Source: a virus
Taxonomy: Duplodnaviria > Heunggongvirae > Uroviricota > Caudoviricetes
Strand: one strand, 5' to 3'
DNA: 12,588 nucleotides
IMG/VR virus record: IMGVR_UViG_2548876944_000014
The translations under genes were made by a program, and so were the position numbers. The notes below the pieces were generated by a model. The model saw nothing but the letters and a program-made list of their open reading frames with translations, ran no database searches and had not been told where the DNA came from. This document shows, piece after piece, positions 1 through 7,335 of this stretch. Every line of letters starts with the position of its first letter. Positions within the stretch are counted from its first letter, which is position 1.

Positions 1-2
1 TA

Positions 3-488
3 TCATGCCTGTTTTGCGACCTCATTCACTACGTCATTTTTTACCATCCGGCTGATAATCTGATTACACAAATCGTCAATAATTGACTGCACTCTGTTTA
101 CTGCCATCGGTTTAAGCCCGGCATCACGTGCCAGAATATTGGGGAGTTTTGCCAGTTCCTCGCTTACGATTTCCCCCCATATAGCCATCTCTTTTCGCAC
201 ATCATCGGCGGGTATGAGTTGCGCCGTTTCCTGTTCGAACTTGAGGCGTTCACGTTCGGACTGATACCAGGCCTTACGGTCATGTGGCTCCATTTCTTCC
301 AGTGATGCCGGAACGGGAAGATCAAGAAAACAGGTCAGAATGTCAGTCACCCGATAGAGTTTCAGCTTGTCATGCCCTCCGGCTGGCTGGATGTTTTTCA
401 GCCTTGCCGCCGCAGTCTGACGACATATTCCCGCTATCGCCGCCAGTTGATTAATGTTCAGCATCAGATTTTTCAGTTCTCGATCCAT
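3..488 (-). CDS. Putative terminase small subunit (N-terminal HTH, Nu1-like), 161 aa
   Basis: ORF track 3..575 begins at a TTG; the in-frame ATG at 488..486 is preceded by GGAG at about 5 nt spacing, so that start is preferred. N-terminus LNINQLAAIAGICRQTAAARLKN looks like a helix-turn-helix as in small terminases. Sits directly downstream of the capsid gene. Stop codon at 3..5, so the gene is complete. Confidence 0.5.
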   Translation of the reverse strand: MDRELKNLMLNINQLAAIAGICRQTAAARLKNIQPAGGHDKLKLYRVTDILTCFLDLPVPASLEEMEPHDRKAWYQSERERLKFEQETAQLIPADDVRKEMAIWGEIVSEELAKLPNILARDAGLKPMAVNRVQSIIDDLCNQIISRMVKNDVVNEVAKQA

Positions 489-641
489 ACCCGCTCCAGA
501 ATGTTTTAAACATGCATCTTGCGAACAACTTTCAGAAGAGGTCAAAAAATGCGCTATATGTTGAGCATAAAACAAGCAAAATTAACATACCAAAAATAAA
601 AATACTTAAAATTCAATACAATATGAAGATGATGATGACGA

Positions 642-726
642 ATGAAAATGCAAAAACTAGCCTTTTTCCGCGCCGCTCCCGCCCCGTGGCAGACCACTCC
701 ACCGGGAGGACCCGTAAAAAAGGCGG
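642..726. repeat. 85-bp GC-rich structured element, copy A (84/85 identical to copy B at 3177..3261)
   Basis: Direct comparison of the two stretches: a single T/C difference at position 16. Lies between the capsid stop and the terS start. Contains the inverted arms AGCCTTTTT and AAAAAGGCG around an internal CTCCCG...CGGGAG stem. Confidence 0.9.
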
Positions 727-738
727 CTGTCGCCGCCC
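716..738 (-). terminator. Rho-independent terminator after the protease-capsid gene
   Basis: On the minus strand GGCGGC-GACA-GCCGCC (perfect 6-bp GC stem) is followed by TTTTTT, 7 nt after the capsid stop codon. Overlaps the end of repeat copy A. Confidence 0.6.
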
Positions 739-744
739 TTGTTG

Positions 745-2658
745 TCATGCTCCACTCGATTTCAGTAATCCGCGATAATCGAGGGCCGCGACACCTGCAT
801 CTATGCGCACTTTCCAGGCGACACCATCAACAGTAAAGCCCACCTGCTCCTCAAGATATGGCGTATCCATACCATCAAGATAAGCGACTTCTATTGTGTC
901 CATCCCCTTAGCTGCGGCTACATACCATTCCTTGCTATTGGCCTTATCAAGACGTGGCTCAACAATTACTTCTGCCATATCTTTCACCACGTTAATGATG
1001 CCGGGGTTCTGATTGATAGTGCTCTCATCACCAACCGGAAAGACTGATGACGATGACAAAATGGCGCGACGCGCGGCAGATTCCAGCGCGGCAGGGACCA
1101 GAACAAAAGCAGGGGTAATATTCAGGGAGTCGCCGTTAGCATCCTCCTGGAGGCGCATCCGCTTACGGGCTTCATCAAGCCCCACCATGTCCATATCCTT
1201 CGCAATAAGATTTTTATGATCGGCATGGAATAACGCTTTACCATCCGTAAACTTGCCGTTGCTGGTTAACAGGAGATAAACCAGATTGCCAACTGTTCTG
1301 GCGGCTGCGCGTCCCATCGCCATGGGGATTGTAGTTAACTGGGTCAGGTCATCGTTGATAATGGCCTGACGGGTAACGGAAAAAATATTCCCGTACGTGG
1401 CCAGCGCAATAGGTACACCTTTATCGCTGGTGGTGATGTATTTATATTCCGCACCTTCCGGTACTTTATCCAGCTTTGAAAAACCATTCAGACCAACGCG
1501 CTTTGCTTCATGAAAGTTTGAAAGCGAACCGGTACGCGTCCATTTCTGGAACGTTTCGCCGCTGTCCTGCCAGCCTTTCAGTACAGATTTTTCAGCCCCA
1601 CCAGCCAGAATATGAGAAAAATCACTGCTGCTGTGTGTAAAAGCCGCATTAACAACCTGCGAGCGATTAATAAAACCGCTCACAGTGATACCACGATCAA
1701 CCAGTGATGCCTGGGCCATTTCAAAAAGGCTCATCATCGCGTAAGGGTTGCCTCGTTCAGGGCGTTCATACCCAAGACGGGAATAAAGCCCCTGACGAAT
1801 TGCATCACCTGTTATGTTTCCGTTTCCGGCATAGATATGAGGCGGGGTATTTTTATTGGATGGCGTGGACTCGCGCCCCAGCTCGTTCAACAGCTTTTCA
1901 CGGGCCATTTCCGGTGTACATGATGCATCTTCCAGACACGCCATTTTGATCCCGTCGTAACGACTGCCGAACAGGCTAAACACTTCACTTATTCCATTGA
2001 TGCGCTTCTGTTCATTACCAGCAATATTTGCCGCTCCCTGTGGCGGTGTAATCATTCCTTTAATGGTTTCCGGCATATGTAAAAAATCTCCTGTGCGTTT
2101 CGATTCAATTCGCGCCATTGCTCTGACGGATGGCAACAATTCATCAGCAAAACCGTGCTTAAGGCATTCTTTCCCATCCATCCAGGTTTCATCCTCCAGC
2201 ATGGCGGTAATTTCCTGTGCTGATTTGCCCGTTTTTCTGGCATAAGCAGGGATTAACACGGTTTCCACCTTATCCAGCAAATCAGCATAATCACGCATAT
2301 CGCCAGCATTTCCGCCAGAGATCCCCCACGGTTTATGGATCATCATCATGGCGTTCTCCGGCATCACTACACGATCGCCAGCCATTGCGACCACCGAAGC
2401 CATTGAAGCCGCAACACCATCGATATAAACCGTAATGTCTGCCGGATGATTCCGTAGCAGGTTATAGATGGCGATGCCTTCAAACACATCACCACCTGGT
2501 GAATGGATCCTCAGATTGATATGTGAAACATCGCCAAGGGCTTTCAGGTCTTCCGCGAACTGCTTTGCAGTAACACCGAAGCCGCCAATCTCCTCATAGA
2601 TAGATATATCCGCCGCTCCACGAACATCCGCCGCCTTAATGGTGTACCAGCGATTCAT
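745..2658 (-). CDS. Prohead protease (ClpP-like, peptidase S14) fused to HK97-fold major capsid protein, 637 aa
   Basis: N-terminal ~180 aa has ClpP-like signatures (HSPGGDV, GVAASMASVVAMAGD, MIHKPWG). The C-terminal ~450 aa has the length and C-terminal pattern of HK97-family major capsid proteins. ATG start at 2658..2656 overlaps the TAA of the upstream small ORF (TAATG). Confidence 0.8.
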   Translation of the reverse strand: MNRWYTIKAADVRGAADISIYEEIGGFGVTAKQFAEDLKALGDVSHINLRIHSPGGDVFEGIAIYNLLRNHPADITVYIDGVAASMASVVAMAGDRVVMPENAMMMIHKPWGISGGNAGDMRDYADLLDKVETVLIPAYARKTGKSAQEITAMLEDETWMDGKECLKHGFADELLPSVRAMARIESKRTGDFLHMPETIKGMITPPQGAANIAGNEQKRINGISEVFSLFGSRYDGIKMACLEDASCTPEMAREKLLNELGRESTPSNKNTPPHIYAGNGNITGDAIRQGLYSRLGYERPERGNPYAMMSLFEMAQASLVDRGITVSGFINRSQVVNAAFTHSSSDFSHILAGGAEKSVLKGWQDSGETFQKWTRTGSLSNFHEAKRVGLNGFSKLDKVPEGAEYKYITTSDKGVPIALATYGNIFSVTRQAIINDDLTQLTTIPMAMGRAAARTVGNLVYLLLTSNGKFTDGKALFHADHKNLIAKDMDMVGLDEARKRMRLQEDANGDSLNITPAFVLVPAALESAARRAILSSSSVFPVGDESTINQNPGIINVVKDMAEVIVEPRLDKANSKEWYVAAAKGMDTIEVAYLDGMDTPYLEEQVGFTVDGVAWKVRIDAGVAALDYRGLLKSSGA

Positions 2659-2864
2659 TATTCCCCCACCGATGCAAAACCATTCTGATTAAGCCAGGTG
2701 TTTACGGCATGTCTGACAATCTGCGCCACACCTGGTAATGGTTTGTCAGGATGATGATTTATATGGTCGATCCTGTACTGCTTAAGGCGCATAACGGTCT
2801 GCGCATCCAGATGAACGGAACCACCCCTGATATCGCCCGTGTTCAGGTCATTAATACAACTCAC
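2658..2864 (-). CDS. Hypothetical small protein (68 aa), first gene of the capsid operon
   Basis: GTG start preceded by strong Shine-Dalgarno AAGAGGAAG at about 5 nt. Stop overlaps the capsid start (translational coupling). No recognisable motif. Confidence 0.45.
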   Translation of the reverse strand: MSCINDLNTGDIRGGSVHLDAQTVMRLKQYRIDHINHHPDKPLPGVAQIVRHAVNTWLNQNGFASVGE

Positions 2865-2966
2865 AGTAACTTCCTCTTACTGACTAAACTGTGCACATTA
2901 TTGATCGATAAAAGTGGTAGATAAACATATTTCTATCATAAAAATAGATTAATGAGATTCAGACAC

Positions 2967-2989
2967 AAAAAAGCCGGAGAAAATCCGGC
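2967..2989 (-). terminator. Rho-independent terminator between replication/ori module and capsid operon
   Basis: On the minus strand GCCGGA-TTTTC-TCCGGC (6-bp stem) is followed by TTTTTT. Located about 100 bp upstream of the capsid-operon start. Confidence 0.55.
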
Positions 2990-3176
2990 ATAAATATCCC
3001 GCCATCTGAACACGTTTTGACACAGGCAACTCCACCTGGCAGGTGAAAAACAGATTTATTTATATATTTCAATTAATTGCAAACTGGTCTAATGACAGGG
3101 AGAAAAAAATATTGTACAGGTGAAAACAGAAATAACTTTTAATTATCAATAAATTATCACACATGCTGCCGCCGCC

Positions 3177-3261
3177 ATGAAAATGCAAAAACCAGCCTTT
3201 TTCCGCGCCGCTCCCGCCCCGTGGCAGACCACTCCACCGGGAGGACCCGTAAAAAAGGCGG
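3177..3261. repeat. 85-bp GC-rich structured element, copy B
   Basis: 84/85 identity with 642..726. Lies between the iteron origin and the terminator at 2967..2989. Flanking sequence diverges immediately on both sides. Confidence 0.9.
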
Positions 3262-3402
3262 ATTGCTCCGGCTTCTGTTACTCGTTGCTTAAAACGGTAT
3301 GTTATCCCCGTACGGATCATCATTCCCCGCCTGTTGTTTTGGTGTGCTTCGCTGTCATAGGCTTTATCTCACAGCAGTAAATTAAAATTTTTGCGTTTTA
3401 AC

Positions 3403-3631
3403 CCTTCACCTGTTCACCTTTTGATATTTTCTCTTTTAATTCATAATGTTAAGGGGTGAACAGTTTCACAAAAACTATTCACCAACTGTTCACCACTGTT
3501 CACCCTTGAAGCTCAATAAACAATCAAAAAGGTGAACAGTGAATAGTTTGGTGAACAGTTCATAAATAACTGTTCACCCTATAATATACTGATATAAAAG
3601 ATATTTATGACAGGGTGAACAGTGGTGAACA
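3403..3631. repeat. Replication origin iteron array: nine perfect TGTTCACC / GGTGAACA octamers plus degenerate copies (P4 ori/crr type I iteron type)
   Basis: Perfect octamers at 3411, 3487, 3497, 3571 (forward) and 3455, 3531, 3550, 3614, 3624 (reverse), with AT-rich spacers (e.g. 3580..3610). Immediately downstream of the P4-alpha-like replicase gene. TGTTCACC is the type I iteron bound by P4 alpha protein, recalled from the literature. Confidence 0.75.
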
Positions 3632-3645
3632 GTTATTCCATAAGT

Positions 3646-5463
3646 TTAATTTTTGCTATCGTCATTAGTGACCGATACACATGATGGCATCCAGTCTTCT
3701 GATTCCTCCGTCAGTGTCACGTTTGAACGCAAACCGTGCTTCGTTTTCCGTTTCATATACTCCCTGCCATATTCCGCCATTGCCCCCGGCATATCTTTAC
3801 CGAAGCGCGTCAGTGTTACAGGTTTACCAAACCCATGTGCCCTCATATAAGCCAGATAGGCATGATAGAGATACCTGCGTGGGCTGAATGGCACAATTTC
3901 AGCATTACCCACTAACAGGCCATCACACATTACCGACGCCATGAGATAGCCGCAGAAGTCCACCAGCGAATCCCCCTCTCGCTTTATCGCCAGTGCTTCT
4001 TCAGATTTCTGCTGCTCATATAACAGGCGTCTGGCTTCGTCCTGGTCAGCAAACCGTGTAAGCAGATGGCGAATCACTACCGCCAGCTCACCTTCTATTT
4101 TTTCCGCCAGCATTGGATCGCGTTCGTTCTCCGGTACAACTTCCGAAAAATTGAATATCACCCGACGACGTGAGATCCCCCCGCTGCGGTCACTGAATGA
4201 CATGGCGTTATTGTTAACCGCCAGCACTACTGCCGGAATACGCGTTGAGTAGGGGGCTTTGTGTTTCGGGTCAATTGCCACCTTGTCACCGCCTGTAATG
4301 GCCTTAATCCCTGCCCCATCACCAGCGTAGCGGGTCATATCCGGCATGATAATCAGCGAAAAGCCAACCACTAACGCGCGTTCCCTTGCATCTTCCAGCG
4401 CCTTCATGCTTGCCGATACTGTGTTGGCCTTACCCGCCAGCATGGTGCAAATCTCCGCCATCACGCTTTTACCACTTCCCCCTGGACCTGTTACCTCAAT
4501 GAATAACTGCCAGTCGTACCGGTTCGCCAGCACCATGAATAAGGCAGCCAGTACGCGATCCGCCTTGCGGTCATTCTCAGCCACCGAACGGCGTAACCAC
4601 TTCCAGAAATTCGGCGCATGTGTTGCCAGCGTTTCCCCCTCTGCTGGTGGGCTGAAAGGTAATTCACTGGCAATTAACAACCAGTCGTTTTTGTTATGCT
4701 CCCGAAAATTACCTGTTCTGGTATCAAATACCCCGTTACTGAATCCAATCAGGTTACGGGCTGTATTCCCCATTACAGGCAAACTTAACTTCATGGTATC
4801 GACCGCCGATTTAATGGCGTTCTGCGAATAGCTGATCTCCGCATCAATGAAAATCTGCGCCATAGCACGCTGTAACTCTTTATCCTGAACCGGCTCCCAT
4901 ACAATGCCGTTGTAATGGTGAACAGTGTCAGAGTCGGCATGAATCGCCAGTTCACCGCCATAATGTGCCAGGAGAACTTCGCCGCGTTGACTTGCTCCCA
5001 TCTGGTTAAGCGCCAGTGATGAAGCGTTATCGTCTTTTACCCGCTCTTTTTTCTTTACAGGCAGTTCAACTACCTTTTTCTTTTCCGCCAGCTCTCCCCG
5101 CTCACGTTCCAGATATTCGCGCCAGTTCTCCCGTTTCTGGCTGTGCATTCCTTCAGGATAATAATCAGCATCCCTGACACCTGCCGCTGCCAGTTTCTGC
5201 CCGATGGTATTAACAAGCCCCGGACGCAATAACCCCGCCTGGTAGAGACGCACGCGATAGCGTCCGTCCGGTACGATTTGCAGGTTGTCCAGTTCGGCAA
5301 GTTGTTGCTCTCCAAGCCAGACAGGTGGCACGTTATCGCCAGCCAGTCGCCCGTCCTGTTCCTGCCACTGCTTCGCATGTGCCCACGCATCACTACCCGC
5401 AAAAATGATGACTTCCGTCATTTTGTCACGCGGCTGGTGTTTTAAATTTGGCGCTTTTTTCAT
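3646..5463 (-). CDS. Replication initiator, P4 alpha-like: D5_N domain plus SF3 helicase (Walker A GPGGSGKS) plus C-terminal putative iteron-binding domain, 605 aa
   Basis: Walker A GPGGSGKS, Walker B-like LIIMPD, and a D5_N-like segment (IGFSNGVFDTRTGNF). ATG at 5463 has GGAGAGAG upstream and forms an ATGA overlap with the stop of the upstream ORF; the ORF-track start at 5478 is GTG. Iterons lie directly downstream. Confidence 0.85.
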   Translation of the reverse strand: MKKAPNLKHQPRDKMTEVIIFAGSDAWAHAKQWQEQDGRLAGDNVPPVWLGEQQLAELDNLQIVPDGRYRVRLYQAGLLRPGLVNTIGQKLAAAGVRDADYYPEGMHSQKRENWREYLERERGELAEKKKVVELPVKKKERVKDDNASSLALNQMGASQRGEVLLAHYGGELAIHADSDTVHHYNGIVWEPVQDKELQRAMAQIFIDAEISYSQNAIKSAVDTMKLSLPVMGNTARNLIGFSNGVFDTRTGNFREHNKNDWLLIASELPFSPPAEGETLATHAPNFWKWLRRSVAENDRKADRVLAALFMVLANRYDWQLFIEVTGPGGSGKSVMAEICTMLAGKANTVSASMKALEDARERALVVGFSLIIMPDMTRYAGDGAGIKAITGGDKVAIDPKHKAPYSTRIPAVVLAVNNNAMSFSDRSGGISRRRVIFNFSEVVPENERDPMLAEKIEGELAVVIRHLLTRFADQDEARRLLYEQQKSEEALAIKREGDSLVDFCGYLMASVMCDGLLVGNAEIVPFSPRRYLYHAYLAYMRAHGFGKPVTLTRFGKDMPGAMAEYGREYMKRKTKHGLRSNVTLTEESEDWMPSCVSVTNDDSKN

Positions 5464-5759
5464 TTCTGCTCTCTCCACGCGGCAATCATGTTTTTCAGTT
5501 CCTGTAGTTTTTTATCCACATCCACACGTGACACATGGTTATTTCTGGAAGTCGGGATTTCCCGCCGGAATCTGCAAATAAAGATCTCCACGTTCAGCGA
5601 ACTAAGAAATGAATATCCATCACGGATAAAATAAACACGGTCAAACATCAGTTCTTTTACCGTTACTCTGTTACCGTTCTTATCCAGATAAATAGCGCCG
5701 GGGATAATTTTGTGGTGTGCATAACCGCTGGCAGTCAAGCCAGATAAATATGTTCTCAT
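5460..5759 (-). CDS. Hypothetical protein (99 aa), translationally coupled to replicase
   Basis: ATG start with GGGGA upstream; stop overlaps the replicase start (ATGA). No recognisable motif. Confidence 0.5.
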   Translation of the reverse strand: MRTYLSGLTASGYAHHKIIPGAIYLDKNGNRVTVKELMFDRVYFIRDGYSFLSSLNVEIFICRFRREIPTSRNNHVSRVDVDKKLQELKNMIAAWREQK

Positions 5760-5765
5760 GATTAT

Positions 5766-6086
5766 TTATCCCCGATTTGAATCAGTATTCGCTTTCTTTA
5801 TGGCATTTAATGCATCTGTGGCATTTTCAATGGTGCACCGTAACGAAATATCAAACCGCCCAAGCATTGCCAGTAACAAACCGATATTACCCATATCAAT
5901 GCGCATGGCCTTTTCGTCATAGTCCTCATTTTCTGACGCATGCCACATCAGGCTACCAATTGACGCAATACCCATTGATATATTGTCAGTAGCCCCATCC
6001 GCAGCGGAATAAACCTTTTTAGCAATATCATGCTCACAGTTAAAATGCGGATTAATCAGGTACTGGTAATTTGACATATCAGGCAT
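5766..6086 (-). CDS. Hypothetical acidic protein (106 aa)
   Basis: ATG at 6086..6084 overlaps the stop of the upstream 67-codon ORF by 8 nt. Same strand and operon as the replicase. No recognisable motif. Confidence 0.5.
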   Translation of the reverse strand: MPDMSNYQYLINPHFNCEHDIAKKVYSAADGATDNISMGIASIGSLMWHASENEDYDEKAMRIDMGNIGLLLAMLGRFDISLRCTIENATDALNAIKKANTDSNRG

Positions 6087-6282
6087 GGCACACCCCCTGA
6101 CGAATACGGGCGGCGAATACCATCACGCAGCCAGCCGGAGATTGCTGGCGTGCTTCCTGTTCGCTGGTGGCCTCAATGGTAATCACGCGCGGTTGTGCCG
6201 TGCTCAGGGCGATAAAACGCCAGGCGAATTTATTCAGGTCGTGCGAGTCCCGCCCTTGCGGGTGTGTGGTATGATTTCTCAT
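6079..6282 (-). CDS. Hypothetical small protein (67 aa), first gene of the replication operon
   Basis: This is the C-terminal part of the implausible 306-aa ORF-track entry. The internal ATG at 6282..6280 is preceded by GAGGT at about 7 nt (MRNH...). Overlaps the next gene. Sits just downstream of the palindromic operator region. Confidence 0.4.
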   Translation of the reverse strand: MRNHTTHPQGRDSHDLNKFAWRFIALSTAQPRVITIEATSEQEARQQSPAGCVMVFAARIRQGVCHA

Positions 6283-6378
6283 AGCTACCTCGATACGCTT
6301 TCTATCGTTGGTGGTTAGAAGCCCGGTTAGTGTTAGCGCACTGCCGGGTTTCGTCGTTTCTGCACCTTGCATCAACAA

Positions 6379-6431
6379 GGTGTTAAACACCAATTTAAGC
6401 CTAGGTGTTAAACACGTCAAGTGTTGAACAC
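6379..6431. promoter_or_regulatory. Three palindromic operator-like sites: GGTGTTAAACACC, GGTGTTAAACACG, GTGTTGAACAC
   Basis: Inverted repeats GTGTT/AACAC at 6379..6391, 6404..6416 and 6421..6431, in the roughly 200-bp divergent region between the minus-strand replication operon (start 6282) and the plus-strand RHH gene (start 6482). Confidence 0.5.
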
Positions 6432-6481
6432 TTATTTTTTTTCCTGCATACTGCATTTGTTTTTTGTAAGGGGTACACAAC

Positions 6482-6661
6482 ATGGCGACAAAAGCAGTAA
6501 ACGCAAAATCACAAACAGTTGCGGCAAGGGTTCCGCATGAAGTTATGAACAATGTTGAGGCGGTAAAAATGCCTGGTGAAAGTACAGGGCAGTTTGTAAC
6601 AGCAGCATTAAAGCGAGAAGTTGAATACCGCCAGCGTCGCAAGGCCAAAGAGCAGGAGTAA
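6482..6661 (+). CDS. Ribbon-helix-helix (Arc/CopG-like) DNA-binding protein, 59 aa; candidate repressor
   Basis: Not in the ORF track (below its 60-aa cut-off). ATG preceded by TAAGGGG. Sequence MATKAVNAKSQTVAARVPHEVMNNVEAVKMPGESTGQFVTAALKREVEYRQRRKAKEQE shows beta-strand (VAARVPHEV), helix, Gly turn, helix as in RHH folds. Followed by a second small ORF and a plus-strand terminator. Confidence 0.5.
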   Translation: MATKAVNAKSQTVAARVPHEVMNNVEAVKMPGESTGQFVTAALKREVEYRQRRKAKEQE

Positions 6662-6718
6662 CCATCACCAGCGCCGTGGTGCGGTGAACTATGGCGCACA
6701 GGGTTACAGGTATCTACG

Positions 6719-6898
6719 ATGACTGACAAATCATTAAAGAAATTATCCTCATCCAAGAAAAAACAACGCAAAAATGCGGTAAACGAACATGAACCGGAGA
6801 GATTCGCACCATGTGCGTTTATCCTTGAGAAGTACCTTAAAGAGTATTCTAGGAAAATACGCTCATTGCAGGCATGGCAGCGAATCGAGCCAGACTGA
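6719..6898 (+). CDS. Hypothetical basic small protein (59 aa)
   Basis: Open frame between the RHH gene and the plus-strand terminator. Weak ribosome-binding site; no motif. Supported mainly by the operon context. Confidence 0.25.
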   Translation: MTDKSLKKLSSSKKKQRKNAVNEHEPERFAPCAFILEKYLKEYSRKIRSLQAWQRIEPD

Positions 6899-6962
6899 TA
6901 ACATTGCCCACCAGCCAACAACCTGGTATTCTGGATATGCTCAAGTTTAGTGTTATGCCACT

Positions 6963-6990
6963 GGCGACCGCCCTTGGTCGCCTTTGTTTT
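6963..6990 (+). terminator. Rho-independent terminator for the plus-strand RHH unit
   Basis: GGCGACC-GCCCTT-GGTCGCC (perfect 7-bp stem) followed by TTTGTTTT on the plus strand. Lies between the convergent small-ORF unit and the alpA stop. Confidence 0.6.
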
Positions 6991-7007
6991 ATGTGTCATA
7001 GCCCCCC

Positions 7008-7232
7008 CTACGCTGCCTTACCTGAATTAACGCGGTCACGGCTTTGCACCCAGTCCATAACTTCGGAAAGCAACCAGCCTACAGAACGCCCCCCAAGATT
7101 ACGGCGAGACGGAAAGCCCCCTTTCTTCTCCAGTTCGTAGCGTGTAGTACGGCTGACGCCTGTTAACTTACGACATTCATCCTCACGAATTACGCGATCT
7201 GTTAGTGATTGAAATTGTGTATTTTGATTCAT
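7008..7232 (-). CDS. alpA: AlpA-family (phage Xis/AlpA-type HTH) transcriptional regulator, 74 aa
   Basis: Small HTH protein with the AlpA-like C-terminus (RSVGWLLSEVMDWVQSR). ATG with GAGGGTG Shine-Dalgarno and its own AT-rich upstream region. Typical position next to int in P4-like and PICI elements. Confidence 0.8.
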   Translation of the reverse strand: MNQNTQFQSLTDRVIREDECRKLTGVSRTTRYELEKKGGFPSRRNLGGRSVGWLLSEVMDWVQSRDRVNSGKAA

Positions 7233-7335
7233 AAAAACACCCTCGAACGTAACCGAACAAGGGCATCTTATTTACCATAGCAGTTGGTGCAACATTGGAA
7301 AAATAAACTTTATTCTAATTTATCGTTCTCCATGA

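Noticed and set aside
3-575. Longer 190-aa version of the terminase small subunit
   Set aside because: The 575 start is a TTG without a good ribosome-binding site. The in-frame ATG at 488 has a GGAG Shine-Dalgarno and begins right at the HTH domain.
642-836. Plus-strand ORFs 642..836 and 3177..3380, both beginning MKMQK.AFFRAAPAPWQTTPPGGPVKKA
   Set aside because: The shared N-terminus is simply the 85-bp repeat translated. The two ORFs diverge completely after the repeat, and minus-strand frames through the repeat also differ between copies, so the repeat is treated as non-coding.
3069-3323. 84-aa minus-strand ORF spanning repeat copy B (and the analogous 554..748 ORF over copy A)
   Set aside because: The two ORFs cross the repeat in different frames, have no convincing ribosome-binding site, and sit in a region better explained by promoter, terminator and structured-repeat features.
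3403-3631. Possible CRISPR array
   Set aside because: The repeats are 8-9 bp, occur in both orientations with irregular spacing and no unique spacers of regular size. This is an iteron-type origin, not CRISPR.
1013-5402. Multiple 60-160-aa ORFs antisense to or nested within the capsid and replicase genes (e.g. 1013..1219, 1704..1949, 1997..2245, 4346..4831, 5070..5402)
   Set aside because: They are embedded in longer, motif-supported genes on the opposite strand or in another frame, with low-complexity translations and no ribosome-binding sites.
6719-6898. RHH gene plus following ORF as a type II toxin-antitoxin pair
   Set aside because: The second ORF shows no RelE/ParE-like features, and there is a 57-nt gap rather than the usual overlap. 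It is retained only as a low-confidence CDS.
6079-6999. 306-aa minus-strand ORF from the ORF track
   Set aside because: Cys-rich, low-complexity translation that runs antisense through the plus-strand RHH gene, its terminator and the palindromic operator region. Only the last 67 codons (6079..6282), which have their own Shine-Dalgarno and couple to the downstream gene, were kept as a tentative CDS.
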